Under the pieces are notes generated by a model. It was not told the origin of the DNA and did not search any database. It saw only the letters and a program-made list of their open reading frames with translations. A stretch of 64,000 nt of DNA from an uncultured virus (IMG/VR IMGVR_UViG_3300029939_000002). Taxonomy: Duplodnaviria; Heunggongvirae; Uroviricota; Caudoviricetes. The stretch lies in IMG/VR virus record IMGVR_UViG_3300029939_000002; one strand, given 5' to 3'. Below are positions 29,401 through 39,860 of this stretch, piece after piece (position 1 is the first letter of the stretch; every line of letters starts with the position of its first letter). The position numbers and the translations under genes are program-made.

Positions 29401-29410
29401 GTAATATATA
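29401..29410 (-). promoter_or_regulatory. Early-type promoter motif TATATATTAC
   Basis: Lies about 29 nt upstream of the ATG at 29372. Confidence 0.65.
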
Positions 29411-29476
29411 TGTATATTATCTAAAGATAATATCATAATTTATAATTAACCTCAATTAAGAAAAATAAAAGAAATG

Positions 29477-29504
29477 ATGGTAGGGATCTTTCGACCCCTA
29501 CCAT
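29477..29504 (-). terminator. Intrinsic terminator after the chimallin-like gene
   Basis: Minus strand reads ATGGTAGGGGTC-GAAA-GATCCCTACCAT followed by a T-rich tract. Confidence 0.75.
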
Positions 29505-29521
29505 ACATTCCAGAAACGAAC

Positions 29522-31108
29522 TTACAGGTACATGCCGCCGAGACCACCTTCGACAGTATTGGCACCCATGCTCAGACGAGCCTCGCTATAGCCCTTGGCC
29601 ATATCGATCAGCCAGTTGGTGTTACTGCTGCTGGTATTGCTGTTGGACTGCTTGATGGTCACGCCGTTGTTGATAGCATTGACCAGGGCCTGCACAAAAG
29701 ACGGCTTCAGGATGCTGACAATGTTGTACGACAGCGGAATGAACTTCGAATGCTTGGCGACAATCGAAGCCTGGTAATGCTGGTTCTCATAGACGTCCAG
29801 CAGGTTCGAGATTTCCTCAGCAGGATATCCCTTACCGCTGACCAGTGACATATAGTCGACGACGCGACTATCGGTCGGGCTGTCAGGGTAGTTGACGATG
29901 CCGGTGATGACCGTCGAAGCGACCGAAAAGATGTCGCTATTGCCATCATACGGCTTGCCCATAAAGTCACTGAAGGCATCGATGACCCGCTTGTTGTTGC
30001 CATCGTCCATGAACAGCTTGAGCATGGACAGCGTCGGAACGCCAGGGATGTTATCGATAGCCAGAACAGGAGTCAAGCAGGCGATCTGGACGAACTGCTT
30101 AACGTCGTCCATGTTGTCGCACGACATCAGTTCATTGCGGCTGTTGTCCAGAACATCCGGCATCAGGCGGCCGAGGTTCGGCTTTCCGCTTTCGAATGAA
30201 GTATAAGGCGACAGCCACAGACCATCATAGAGGAACTTCGACCCACCCAGGCCGATGGCGAGAGGAGCGAAGGCATTGATCGGCATGATCGAGAACACAG
30301 AAGAAATGTGCACGATCGGAGCCAGAACATGCGGAAGCTTTTCGCGAGCCAATGAGTTGTTCGGAGGATTGGTCCGAACGAAGCTGGTGTAGCCGCCGAC
30401 GACGAACAGCTGTTTCGGTTCCGTCGGTTCGTTGTTGGAGACCGACAGTTCGTCACGAACAGGAGAGCTGACAACGATGCCGTAGTCGAAACGCGGCTTG
30501 GTCACGAACGGCCAATGGCGATCGTAGTAGTTGTGGACTTCAGCCAACGACGTCGAGATCGTCAAGGTCGAACCCTTGAAGAAGCTGATCGACCCGTAGA
30601 CATCCAGATTGCCAGGCTTGTTCGCCGAGAACGTAGACCGCAGATGGGCGATGATGGCGCCGACGCGAGTTTCGTTCTGGTAGTCTTCGGGAATGACGAT
30701 GGCATTCTGAATGATGGTGCAATTCGCGAAATCAGCTTCGAGGCGCTTGCGAACGCTCGGGAAATAAGCGATGAACGCCTTGCGCTTGAATTCAAGAGTT
30801 CCGAACTGAACGCCCATGTCGGGGAACAGCAGAACATAGAACATGTTGTCGACCATCACCGCCAGAGTGTTGGACGGCTCAGGGATGCGAACGACCTTGG
30901 CGCCGGGGATTTCCTTTTCCATACGCTCGACGAACTTCGATAGCTGCGGGGACTGCGTCGAGAAGCTGTCAAATTCGGACAATGAACTGTGCAGGAGAGA
31001 ACGCTTCTTTTCCTGCTGAGAATTGCTGAAACCAGGAGCCTGCTTTTCGCCCTGCGGAGCCTTGGGAGAATCGCTTTCCTGAGTACCAAAACCGGAAACA
31101 CTAGACAT
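29522..31108 (-). CDS. chmA: Chimallin (phage nuclear shell protein), divergent
   Basis: Immediately upstream of beta'-N, the canonical position. Disordered termini, ordered motifs PRFDYGI / VGGYTSFV / PIVHISS / LAI..W / NLGRL, GC-rich codons and its own terminator. Confidence 0.72.
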   Translation of the reverse strand: MSSVSGFGTQESDSPKAPQGEKQAPGFSNSQQEKKRSLLHSSLSEFDSFSTQSPQLSKFVERMEKEIPGAKVVRIPEPSNTLAVMVDNMFYVLLFPDMGVQFGTLEFKRKAFIAYFPSVRKRLEADFANCTIIQNAIVIPEDYQNETRVGAIIAHLRSTFSANKPGNLDVYGSISFFKGSTLTISTSLAEVHNYYDRHWPFVTKPRFDYGIVVSSPVRDELSVSNNEPTEPKQLFVVGGYTSFVRTNPPNNSLAREKLPHVLAPIVHISSVFSIMPINAFAPLAIGLGGSKFLYDGLWLSPYTSFESGKPNLGRLMPDVLDNSRNELMSCDNMDDVKQFVQIACLTPVLAIDNIPGVPTLSMLKLFMDDGNNKRVIDAFSDFMGKPYDGNSDIFSVASTVITGIVNYPDSPTDSRVVDYMSLVSGKGYPAEEISNLLDVYENQHYQASIVAKHSKFIPLSYNIVSILKPSFVQALVNAINNGVTIKQSNSNTSSSNTNWLIDMAKGYSEARLSMGANTVEGGLGGMYL

Positions 31109-31340
31109 TTTTTAGTCCCTTTTACTTGTGTTCCTCGTCGACAAGGAACATGGTTATAACCAAATAAATAATATATGTTCACATTTCGTTTGAAAAATGC
31201 GACATATATATCCCTCTAAGAAATCACCGATTTCTCGGCGAAGTCTCTACACAATATTATATTCACATTTATTTTTTTACAATAAAAGTATCATTTAAAA
31301 ATCTATTATATGATTAACTCTTTTAGAGAGGAAATGGTTT

Positions 31341-32510
31341 ATGTTATTTCGATCTATGCAAACATATTTACCACATTTAAATGGAAAAGTATTTCCAAAA
31401 ACAAATATGTATATAAATAGTTTAAATGTAAGAAAGAATCTTATTTATAAAAGGTTTTTATATTCTAATAGTTTTGAAAGTGGTGCTATTAAACTTATAA
31501 AGAAAATCTTGTTAGATATGGATGTAGAGAATATGGTACTTAAAAGAAAAACTGATGTTTCTAGATACTTTGATGTTATGTTAAATGACAAAGATCAATT
31601 AGAAAGTATATTTGATATGAATGAAACAAATACTATTAGAATAAATAGTTTTGTGAGTTCTGACAAAGGTAGATGTAATGAATACATTATTCCAATCGAA
31701 AGTACAGATCCTTTACAAACATTACCATTTGAACAAGGATGGGATATGTGGAAACATATTCGTCCCGTTCGTATAATGGATATAAAGAGTAATGAGTTAA
31801 CTTTTAATACTTATCTAGATAAGATAATATTCAAAGAACAATGTCCTTCTCATATTGTTATTGGTATTGATGTTGTTGCTTTAGGTCTACAGTTTGTTAA
31901 TTATTTAAAGACCTTTAATCTACAGAAAACAGATGACAATGTTTCTAATTATATTCACAGATATGTATTATGTTTTATGTTAGATGATCTCATGAATAAC
32001 TGGTTGATAAATCAGTACCAGTCATTACTAAGAGATGCTTATTTCAATGATAATTATGATTATACAAAAGAAGTTGCAAAAGATCAATTCTTTGGATTTA
32101 GAGGAAGTGAATATAATTTATTTATAGAAGAAATGGTTACAAATATAAAATTAGTAAAAGAGAAATCATTAAGAAGCGATATGTTTCTTAATAGTTTAAG
32201 ACTAGGAGATAGAGATTTTGTATCTTATATAAAACATATTTTAAAATATTGTTATATTAAAAACTTAAGACAATATAATTGGATGGAATTCTTAAGAGAC
32301 TATAGATACTTAGAGATCATTATGTATACATATTTTCTACAACGGGATACTGTACATAGCCAGAATTTAATGAAGGCTATGAATAGAGATATCCCTATTC
32401 TCATAGGTAATAAGTTCTGGTCAAATTGTAAAATAGAGAATACACGAAAATTGATAGAACATGAATTAACATTCAATATATTTACATTGATGAAAGATCA
32501 AGATGTATGA
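31341..32510 (+). CDS. Conserved hypothetical protein divergent from chmA (phiKZ gp52 position)
   Basis: 389 aa with GAGAGG RBS; WKHIRPVR and IGIDVVALGLQF motifs. Confidence 0.65.
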   Translation: MLFRSMQTYLPHLNGKVFPKTNMYINSLNVRKNLIYKRFLYSNSFESGAIKLIKKILLDMDVENMVLKRKTDVSRYFDVMLNDKDQLESIFDMNETNTIRINSFVSSDKGRCNEYIIPIESTDPLQTLPFEQGWDMWKHIRPVRIMDIKSNELTFNTYLDKIIFKEQCPSHIVIGIDVVALGLQFVNYLKTFNLQKTDDNVSNYIHRYVLCFMLDDLMNNWLINQYQSLLRDAYFNDNYDYTKEVAKDQFFGFRGSEYNLFIEEMVTNIKLVKEKSLRSDMFLNSLRLGDRDFVSYIKHILKYCYIKNLRQYNWMEFLRDYRYLEIIMYTYFLQRDTVHSQNLMKAMNRDIPILIGNKFWSNCKIENTRKLIEHELTFNIFTLMKDQDV

Positions 32511-32538
32511 AGGGATGGCCTAGGCCATCCCTTCATAC
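32505..32538. terminator. Perfect 34-bp loopless palindrome between convergent genes
   Basis: gtatgaagggatggcct|aggccatcccttcatac. Confidence 0.7.
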
Positions 32539-32539
32539 G

Positions 32540-32971
32540 CTAAATAGAGATAGTAAATCTCTTCACAGTATCTATCATTTGTTTTAACCAATTGTCATAT
32601 TGTTCTAATGAAAAATAAAGGTCGCCTATTGATTTATTAAAGTTATTTGTTTCAGCATTATAAACAAATACGTAATCATTATCAGTGTTGTAATCATTAA
32701 CAAAACTATAAATAGATTTCGTTACTTCTGATACATCATATTTAAAATCACTAATAGATCTATTTACTGTTACGACTAATATAAATTTTTCTACAGTTTC
32801 TAATGTTAAAACTATGATATCATATTTGTCCGATGCTATAGGTCTGATAACTTTTAAGTTTTCAATACTATATTTTTTATCAATAATTCTACCAAAATTA
32901 AATGTATAATAATTAAATTTATCTTTAGAAAGAACATCACCAAGAATATCAAATGTATCAAAGATAGCCAT
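32540..32971 (-). CDS. Hypothetical protein
   Basis: 143 aa; TAATG coupling to 32971..33423. Confidence 0.65.
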   Translation of the reverse strand: MAIFDTFDILGDVLSKDKFNYYTFNFGRIIDKKYSIENLKVIRPIASDKYDIIVLTLETVEKFILVVTVNRSISDFKYDVSEVTKSIYSFVNDYNTDNDYVFVYNAETNNFNKSIGDLYFSLEQYDNWLKQMIDTVKRFTISI

Positions 32972-33423
32972 TAATGTACCATAAAGTGTTTTCTGTGATA
33001 TAATGCATTATGTACTAAGAGATTATTCATATTTTGAATATGAATAGTATCGACAAATTCTTCAATATTCTTAAACTTATCAACAACAACAAAATAATGT
33101 ATACTTGTATCTATATTAGCATTCTTATAATCATTGATATTATTAAGAACTGTTGTGTACAACTCGGCATAATTATAACTGTTAGAGTTATTATTCATAA
33201 TGTAAACAGATGCTATATTTGGATCTATGCAATAATTTATAACAAGGATATACATTGAAATGTTCTTACCTTTATCTTTCTTAGACAATAAACAAGTTTG
33301 ATAGATCGGTGATTTTTTATTAATAGTTGTAAGTATCTCATTAATATCATCAATATAACCAGCTTTGTCTACTGTATTTAGTCGCATACAATTAATTAAA
33401 TATTCTATAAAATCGTCCATCAT
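32971..33423 (-). CDS. Hypothetical protein
   Basis: 150 aa with AGGGGG RBS. Confidence 0.65.
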   Translation of the reverse strand: MMDDFIEYLINCMRLNTVDKAGYIDDINEILTTINKKSPIYQTCLLSKKDKGKNISMYILVINYCIDPNIASVYIMNNNSNSYNYAELYTTVLNNINDYKNANIDTSIHYFVVVDKFKNIEEFVDTIHIQNMNNLLVHNALYHRKHFMVH

Positions 33424-33444
33424 AAGACCCCCCTTTCTCGATTT

Positions 33445-34797
33445 CTACGATATCAATGCTGTTATATCGGACGAAGCTCTTATTACCATCTTTGCTTTTG
33501 CAGAATAACTAAGTTCACTCGATTGTCTTTTTACAGGTTCTATCTTGTAAATAACTCCATCTAATATACCCGTCTGTTTTGAGAATGCTCCATTATTATC
33601 AAAGTAATATTCTATTCGATGTCCTGGTCTAAAATAAAGAGGAATACATTGGAACCATTCACAGGAGATCATAGAACAATCTCCTTCAGCTATTCTACTA
33701 CTATACATACATAAGTTGTCTGATGCGTTTTGAATAAATTTATCATTATTATTATTGATGGATGAGAGAGTTCTATTTTTAGCAGTAGCTACAGTCAATG
33801 TATTATTAACACTAGCAGAAGATTGACCACTATCATTATTAACAAAATTATCTAATATAGAAGATTGTCTAACAAAGCTGTAACTAGTAGCGCCGTTTTC
33901 GGCACTATGTTGTGATTTATCGACGTGACTAACTTTACTATTACTAACGATTTCAATAACATCATTTGTTATCTTGTGATAATTTTTAGAACCTTTAATA
34001 ACAGAATCTGGAACATTATAAATCTTTGCAATATTTTGATTATTAGGATTTGTCTCAAATGATGGATATACATACAAAACATCATCATTTGTATAATACC
34101 AACAACATCCTTTATTATAGACACCATATTTATTCTGAAGAAATGTAAATATATTAGAAATATCATAAGCAGGAGGAATGACAATATATTCCCACTGGTA
34201 TGTATTATCTGACTGTTTTATTTCCATATTTGAAATATTTAATGCTTTAGCAATATGACCTAATGCATCATTTATATATGTCTTTGTAAAGGTAGTATGA
34301 AATTGTATCTGCTTAATAGCATATAAATTAAAGTTAACAACATGTAGTTCTACAGGTATTTTTAAACTAACATGAGATTCTACTTTTGAAACTTGATCTG
34401 TAGGATGTAATTGTTCTGGGCTATATTCTTTATAAAGGTCTTTGGGGTTCTTTAACATAGCAATTCCAGATATCTTAATAGGATTTTTTGTATAATCTTT
34501 TTCTCCAGTAATGGGATCTTTATAAGTTAATACCATACTTATTCTAATATTAGATAGGTTTTTATAAAGATTGATATAATCAGTAGGAGCTACTTTAAAG
34601 TAAATATAGATAGCATCTGTAATAGTTTCAATATATTTACATCCAATAACAATTTTATCAATAATTTCTGGTGAGTATTTATAAGTAGCATCATCATCAT
34701 TTAAAATTGTAAAATCTACAATGAATTCATTTGTTTTCTGTGATGCAATAACTGAATTCATAGCCAGCTGCATAGCCGGACTTAATGTTGTAGACAT
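33445..34797 (-). CDS. Virion structural protein, baseplate hub-like (phiKZ gp101 position)
   Basis: IVIPP..FLQNKYGVY..G..YY..LYVYP motif; fourth gene of a structural quartet. Confidence 0.6.
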   Translation of the reverse strand: MSTTLSPAMQLAMNSVIASQKTNEFIVDFTILNDDDATYKYSPEIIDKIVIGCKYIETITDAIYIYFKVAPTDYINLYKNLSNIRISMVLTYKDPITGEKDYTKNPIKISGIAMLKNPKDLYKEYSPEQLHPTDQVSKVESHVSLKIPVELHVVNFNLYAIKQIQFHTTFTKTYINDALGHIAKALNISNMEIKQSDNTYQWEYIVIPPAYDISNIFTFLQNKYGVYNKGCCWYYTNDDVLYVYPSFETNPNNQNIAKIYNVPDSVIKGSKNYHKITNDVIEIVSNSKVSHVDKSQHSAENGATSYSFVRQSSILDNFVNNDSGQSSASVNNTLTVATAKNRTLSSINNNNDKFIQNASDNLCMYSSRIAEGDCSMISCEWFQCIPLYFRPGHRIEYYFDNNGAFSKQTGILDGVIYKIEPVKRQSSELSYSAKAKMVIRASSDITALIS

Positions 34798-34812
34798 ACA
34801 TCCAACTCCATT

Positions 34813-35511
34813 TTAAATATATGAACTAAAGTTACTTGATGAAGATTTGTCATTTTCTAATGGGTCGACATTTATAGTAGGATCTTTTTCTAGGATAATA
34901 TTCTTCTTTTTATCCATAGCTTCCAGTGCTTTAATATTAATAGGACATGCAAAAATAGCAGAAATAATATCATCTGGATTTTCACCAGAAAACATAGCAA
35001 TTGCAGTAGCAGCATTAGTATTTTTAATATATTTTTCTTTCCAGTCTTTATGAATATTTAGAACTCTCTTAGCCAATGTAACAATATTTTCTCTTAGAAA
35101 AATAAGATCTCTTACATACTCTCTGACTTCTGTTTCATTTAATAGATTTTTAATTTCTCTTAAATAACCATCGATATTGTGAAGAATGTATAATACATCC
35201 ATATCGTTCACAATCGTAAATAATATTTTAGATTTATTAAATTGAACCATATTGTTAATTGTTCTTCTTGTAAAAAAAGTCTCACTAATATCTTCATATA
35301 CAGTTCTCAATAATCCTGTTTCTTCATCAGCTTCATCGATCTCATCGTGGTTACAAAAGAAAGAATCTAGAACAGATGGCATCGCTAAAAAATCACCATC
35401 TAGAACAGCTTGTGGTACATTGGCTGTTGTACTAGGAACTCTTAAATCGTATAATGCCATATTGATATGATCAGTGAATGAATTATAAATACGCGGCATG
35501 CTTCGTTGCAT
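34813..35511 (-). CDS. Hypothetical protein (gp100 position)
   Basis: 232 aa within the structural operon. Confidence 0.6.
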   Translation of the reverse strand: MQRSMPRIYNSFTDHINMALYDLRVPSTTANVPQAVLDGDFLAMPSVLDSFFCNHDEIDEADEETGLLRTVYEDISETFFTRRTINNMVQFNKSKILFTIVNDMDVLYILHNIDGYLREIKNLLNETEVREYVRDLIFLRENIVTLAKRVLNIHKDWKEKYIKNTNAATAIAMFSGENPDDIISAIFACPINIKALEAMDKKKNIILEKDPTINVDPLENDKSSSSNFSSYI

Positions 35512-35516
35512 GATAA

Positions 35517-36845
35517 TTAATCCTTTATAGTTAGAGTCGCAATAGCCATATCAATAAGCCACATATAAATAGGAATGGTATAAAAACCATCACTGAGCGA
35601 TAGCTTGTTATATACTGTAACTATATCTAAAAATGATGTAATATCCGTTACAGACTTATTAGTAATTGTATCATAAACTAATTTCTCTAAATCGTTCATC
35701 TTATCAATTTCTGCATCATAAAAAGCTTTACTAAAGATATAATAAGAATCTTCACTTATCTTAGTTGAATTCTTATACATCGAATAACCGATCAGTTCAT
35801 CACCATCAATAGATCCTGTTAATGGAGTTTGGATATCATTCGGATTTGATAAAATAATAAATTTCTGATTAATAAGCGATGTAATGTTTGCATCAAAGTA
35901 TGTTGGGGTTAACTGATAAAAAGAAAAATTATTCATAAGGATTGTAACATCGGTATTAAATTTATCATTGAACATATCCCATATAGAAAATTCATAATAC
36001 GGTAATGATGGATATAATTGTTTTGCTCTATTAATAGACTGTCTAATACTTATTCTACTTGTTAAGAAATTAACCAAATAAGGATCATAATAGTTTTCTG
36101 GTGAAGGATGCATGATACTGCCAATATCAGATCTAAAATATCTAGTATAATAATATTTAATAATTGTATCTTTAATAGCTTCTAATCTTTTTAATTGATT
36201 AAACTGATCTGTTTTTAATAATGTTGTACTATCTCCAAGAAATGTAGACTTTACAAAATTTACAGTATTAGAAACACTTGCTTCTATTTTAGCAAAAGAA
36301 TCATCTTCTGCGTAATATCTCTGTGTAAATGTAACTTTATGAAACGCTCCTTGTCTATAACCAATACGTTCAACCGAACCAATATGCATAATACCGGATT
36401 TACCATCGTTTAATGTCATAATAAATAAATCCCCTTTTATAGGGACAATGCCAGGATATACTAAAGCAACACCACTGATAATAGAAACATTTCTATCCTT
36501 ATCATAACTAAATTGAAGTTGTTCTGAAAAGATCAATTCCATTTTATTAATTTTAGTATATGATTCATGAATCGTATTTGAAATTGTTGTCTGATCAATA
36601 GTCTGAGATTTTAGATCTGATACAGTATCGTTATTGTAATATGTAACTATAACATACGATCCTTTAATATATCCTAATAAATTACCATATTCTTCAGCAT
36701 ATGTTTTTGGATCAATAGCAGTTCTTGTAATAAAAGTATCTTTTACATACTTTACTTTATCTAATGCAACAACTGGATCTTGTCCAGGAGATTGTGATCC
36801 ATCTGTAATAACCGGAGGGATACCTTTTCCAGTAGGAAGTGGCAT
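35517..36845 (-). CDS. Virion structural protein, probable neck/head-closure protein
   Basis: LLGYIKGS..VTYY, YPGIVPIKGDLFI and YDPYLV motifs. Confidence 0.6.
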   Translation of the reverse strand: MPLPTGKGIPPVITDGSQSPGQDPVVALDKVKYVKDTFITRTAIDPKTYAEEYGNLLGYIKGSYVIVTYYNNDTVSDLKSQTIDQTTISNTIHESYTKINKMELIFSEQLQFSYDKDRNVSIISGVALVYPGIVPIKGDLFIMTLNDGKSGIMHIGSVERIGYRQGAFHKVTFTQRYYAEDDSFAKIEASVSNTVNFVKSTFLGDSTTLLKTDQFNQLKRLEAIKDTIIKYYYTRYFRSDIGSIMHPSPENYYDPYLVNFLTSRISIRQSINRAKQLYPSLPYYEFSIWDMFNDKFNTDVTILMNNFSFYQLTPTYFDANITSLINQKFIILSNPNDIQTPLTGSIDGDELIGYSMYKNSTKISEDSYYIFSKAFYDAEIDKMNDLEKLVYDTITNKSVTDITSFLDIVTVYNKLSLSDGFYTIPIYMWLIDMAIATLTIKD

Positions 36846-36870
36846 ATTTTCACCTTTCTATCTGTTTTCT

Positions 36871-36897
36871 TGTAAGAGAGGTTTTGCCTCTCTTACA
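36871..36897. terminator. Hairpin, 11-bp stem
   Basis: tgtaagagagg-ttttg-cctctcttaca. Confidence 0.55.
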
Positions 36898-36910
36898 GAA
36901 GTTTGATTTT

Positions 36911-38677
36911 TTAATCTATATAAATATTAGTATTAAAAGCTCGCAATGGAAGATTAATAGAACCAGAGTTCATTGTATTTACACCACGAATTAAATAGTT
37001 TTTATTAGGCGAACTCATGATATCTAGTGGTTCAATATCTCTTGTTGTTAAAATACAATTATTCATACAGTATAACAAGAACGTATCAAAAATAGTAGAT
37101 CCTTTATCATTACCCACAGATGTCATATAATCCAATAATTGTTCGGCAGAAGTCGTATAGCCATAGATAGATTCTGTACACTTTCCATTCTCAATGAATT
37201 CATTTAAGATATTATCCATTCCTCCACTATTCAATAAATTCTTCATGATAGATAATAATCTTTCATTGTGAACTAATCTAAAATGACCTAATTTCAAAAT
37301 ACTATTAAGATTCCTACAAATCAATAATGGAAAGAAACTTTTGTATCTTATTAAATAAGGTATCCATTTTTGTGAAATAAAATTAAAAGATGTGCATTCT
37401 GATACAACGAGCTGATATTGTGCTCTTCTATTCGAAACATTAATAAGTAGATTAAGCTCATTATCTATAGACAATTTACTTTTATCAACAAGAACACCAT
37501 TACAATATACAGATATATTTAACAAGCCAGTATTATCAAAAATTTCAGGACCGTGTTCTTTCATTAATCCTATAACAATATCATGAAACTTTAAGTCGTC
37601 CGGTAATTCTTGTAATGGGATATTAGTCACATCACCATCATCTAACAATACAACAGATATAAAAAATGGCTGAAATTTATAGAATTTGGAAAGAGAATCT
37701 GGGACAACAAAATCATTCCAGATTGGAATTCGTAATACAGGATTTGGTAAAGATTTATTATTATTCAAAAAACTATTAATACATTTCTCTTGATAGATTC
37801 CTGCCAATGCTGGAAAGTATGTTTCTTTATATGGTGGGATCATATATGTCGGGATAAGTTTATTATTTATAACACTTGGAAAACATGCTCTTAATAAGAT
37901 AGGATTATTGAACTGAAAAGTATATGTGAAATTAATAGTAAATGAATCAAGGGATTCTTCTAGATTATTAGGTTCTGGTTTTGACTGTTGAATATCAAAT
38001 GTTCCTAAAATATTTAATAACTTTCTTTTGATGACATATTGTTCCTGTGTTCCATCTCTAGAAACTAATTTAGTCAATGCGTTGTCAGAAAATTTATTAA
38101 TGTAATCTTCAAATGGTAGTTTTGTCTGATCTAACTCGAGCATATTGTAAATCGTATTTAATATATAAAGTAAATCACTATTAATGGGATAATGATAAAC
38201 AACATCTGTAAAGTTAAAAGTTGTATCTTTTGGATTTAAAAGATATAGTGTATTTAAAACACTATATGCATCTTGAGTATTCTTATATGTAATAGCAAAA
38301 TTGAGCTGAATCGATGCAGGAAGATCTATTTCAACAATCTTTATATCAGCAAACTTATCATAGAAGATACCATGTTGAGTATTTTTTATAGCATAATAAG
38401 CAGGATTGACATGCTTAAACTTTAAATTCTCCCACTTTGTATCTGAAGGATTTAAGTTATACTCGACTGAAACATCGCAGCGATCACTTGTTAATAATGC
38501 ATTATGATAATCATCCGATGTCTTAGAAGCAGATCTATAATCTGTAGTAATAGAAATATAATCTCTTACCTTTTCATACAAACCTAAGCGAATAAGCATA
38601 CCTCGAACGACTTGTTCAATAACAGGATCAAATATTTGAATGACTGATTCTTCTATTTTGGTATCTCTAAATGGCAT
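36911..38677 (-). CDS. Virion structural protein, probable tail-terminator/neck protein
   Basis: IFYD..ADI, YHYP and FTYTFQFNNP..FPSVINNKLIP motifs. Confidence 0.55.
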   Translation of the reverse strand: MPFRDTKIEESVIQIFDPVIEQVVRGMLIRLGLYEKVRDYISITTDYRSASKTSDDYHNALLTSDRCDVSVEYNLNPSDTKWENLKFKHVNPAYYAIKNTQHGIFYDKFADIKIVEIDLPASIQLNFAITYKNTQDAYSVLNTLYLLNPKDTTFNFTDVVYHYPINSDLLYILNTIYNMLELDQTKLPFEDYINKFSDNALTKLVSRDGTQEQYVIKRKLLNILGTFDIQQSKPEPNNLEESLDSFTINFTYTFQFNNPILLRACFPSVINNKLIPTYMIPPYKETYFPALAGIYQEKCINSFLNNNKSLPNPVLRIPIWNDFVVPDSLSKFYKFQPFFISVVLLDDGDVTNIPLQELPDDLKFHDIVIGLMKEHGPEIFDNTGLLNISVYCNGVLVDKSKLSIDNELNLLINVSNRRAQYQLVVSECTSFNFISQKWIPYLIRYKSFFPLLICRNLNSILKLGHFRLVHNERLLSIMKNLLNSGGMDNILNEFIENGKCTESIYGYTTSAEQLLDYMTSVGNDKGSTIFDTFLLYCMNNCILTTRDIEPLDIMSSPNKNYLIRGVNTMNSGSINLPLRAFNTNIYID

Positions 38678-38800
38678 ATAAATAACTCCATAATTTGAGA
38701 AAATTACTATAGGATGTTAAAAGTTATATAATAAAATATATGACGTATTTTAAGCCATAGTATGAATAATTTTCTACCTGTATTAAGGAAGGATTTTTCT

Positions 38801-39844
38801 ATGACAGAACCAAATGTTATTCCTATTAATGGATTAATACAAAGAATAGCAAGTAGTGATCAAACATGGTCAAATGTTAATGTTGCTATTCCTTATGGTC
38901 TTGTTGTTATTTCATCAGATGGAAATATAAAATTAGGCGATGGTACTTCCCTATACGGAGATCTTCCTGTTATAATTACTGTTGCTGACCTTATTGCATT
39001 GGGAGATGTCTCATCATATGCTCCTATTAAAGATCCTATTTTTCAAAACAGTGTTGAAGTCCCTACCCCTCCTAGTGGAGATAATAGTTTATATGCTGCA
39101 AATACAAAATGGGTAACGGCTGCATTACAAACACTCTATGATGAATTATCTGGAGCCATTAGTGGTACGGCAGATACATTTGTCACAACTAATATATTTC
39201 TTAGTACTATTGGAAACTATGTAAAAACAGCCGATCTTACAGATACTTTAAATAATTATGTAACAAATGTAGTCTTAGCCGAAACTCTTACTGACTATGT
39301 AACATCCATTATATTGGCGTCTACTTTGCAAGAATATTTATCAATATCGTCTTTCGATTCAATAATAAGTGAGTATTCTACAACAGATTTTATGAATGAC
39401 TCTATTTCATCTGCATTACAGAATTATGTATCAACAAATACATTGTCCAGTACTCTAAGTAATTACTTAACAGCAATACAGATATATGGTCAGTTAGAAA
39501 AAACTGCGAAACTGGATAAACCTAACACTTGGAAAGCCGTACAGGCTCCAGCCGGAGGTCCTATACAGTTTTCATCAAATATAACTTGGGATTTAAGTAT
39601 GTGGCAGAGTGCTAATGTTACATTAGTAGGAAACTGCAATATAGCATTTTGTAATCCTGTTCCAAATGCTACATATCAGTTAATGATTTACTCAAATGGT
39701 TATAGTCCTAATTGGTCTACAAACATATTCTTTCCTCAAGGATCTATTCCTACATTAACAGGAATATGTGTCTTGTCATTTGCTTATGATTCTGTTAATA
39801 AATTATTGGTCAATACTGGTGTTTCAATCAATGAACTCGTTTAA
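38801..39844 (+). CDS. Tail fibre protein
   Basis: Mtd_N-like NIKLGDG..YGDLP, APIKDPIF..VPTP..DNS..ANTKWV fibre motif and YVT repeats. Start after AAGGA. Confidence 0.8.
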   Translation: MTEPNVIPINGLIQRIASSDQTWSNVNVAIPYGLVVISSDGNIKLGDGTSLYGDLPVIITVADLIALGDVSSYAPIKDPIFQNSVEVPTPPSGDNSLYAANTKWVTAALQTLYDELSGAISGTADTFVTTNIFLSTIGNYVKTADLTDTLNNYVTNVVLAETLTDYVTSIILASTLQEYLSISSFDSIISEYSTTDFMNDSISSALQNYVSTNTLSSTLSNYLTAIQIYGQLEKTAKLDKPNTWKAVQAPAGGPIQFSSNITWDLSMWQSANVTLVGNCNIAFCNPVPNATYQLMIYSNGYSPNWSTNIFFPQGSIPTLTGICVLSFAYDSVNKLLVNTGVSINELV

Positions 39845-39860
39845 GAGATAGGAGAAGTAT

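Noticed and set aside
29522..31108. GC-rich islands as host contamination or chimeric assembly
   Set aside because: They follow gene boundaries and encode syntenic phage core proteins; only 42148..42790 looks like true recent acquisition.
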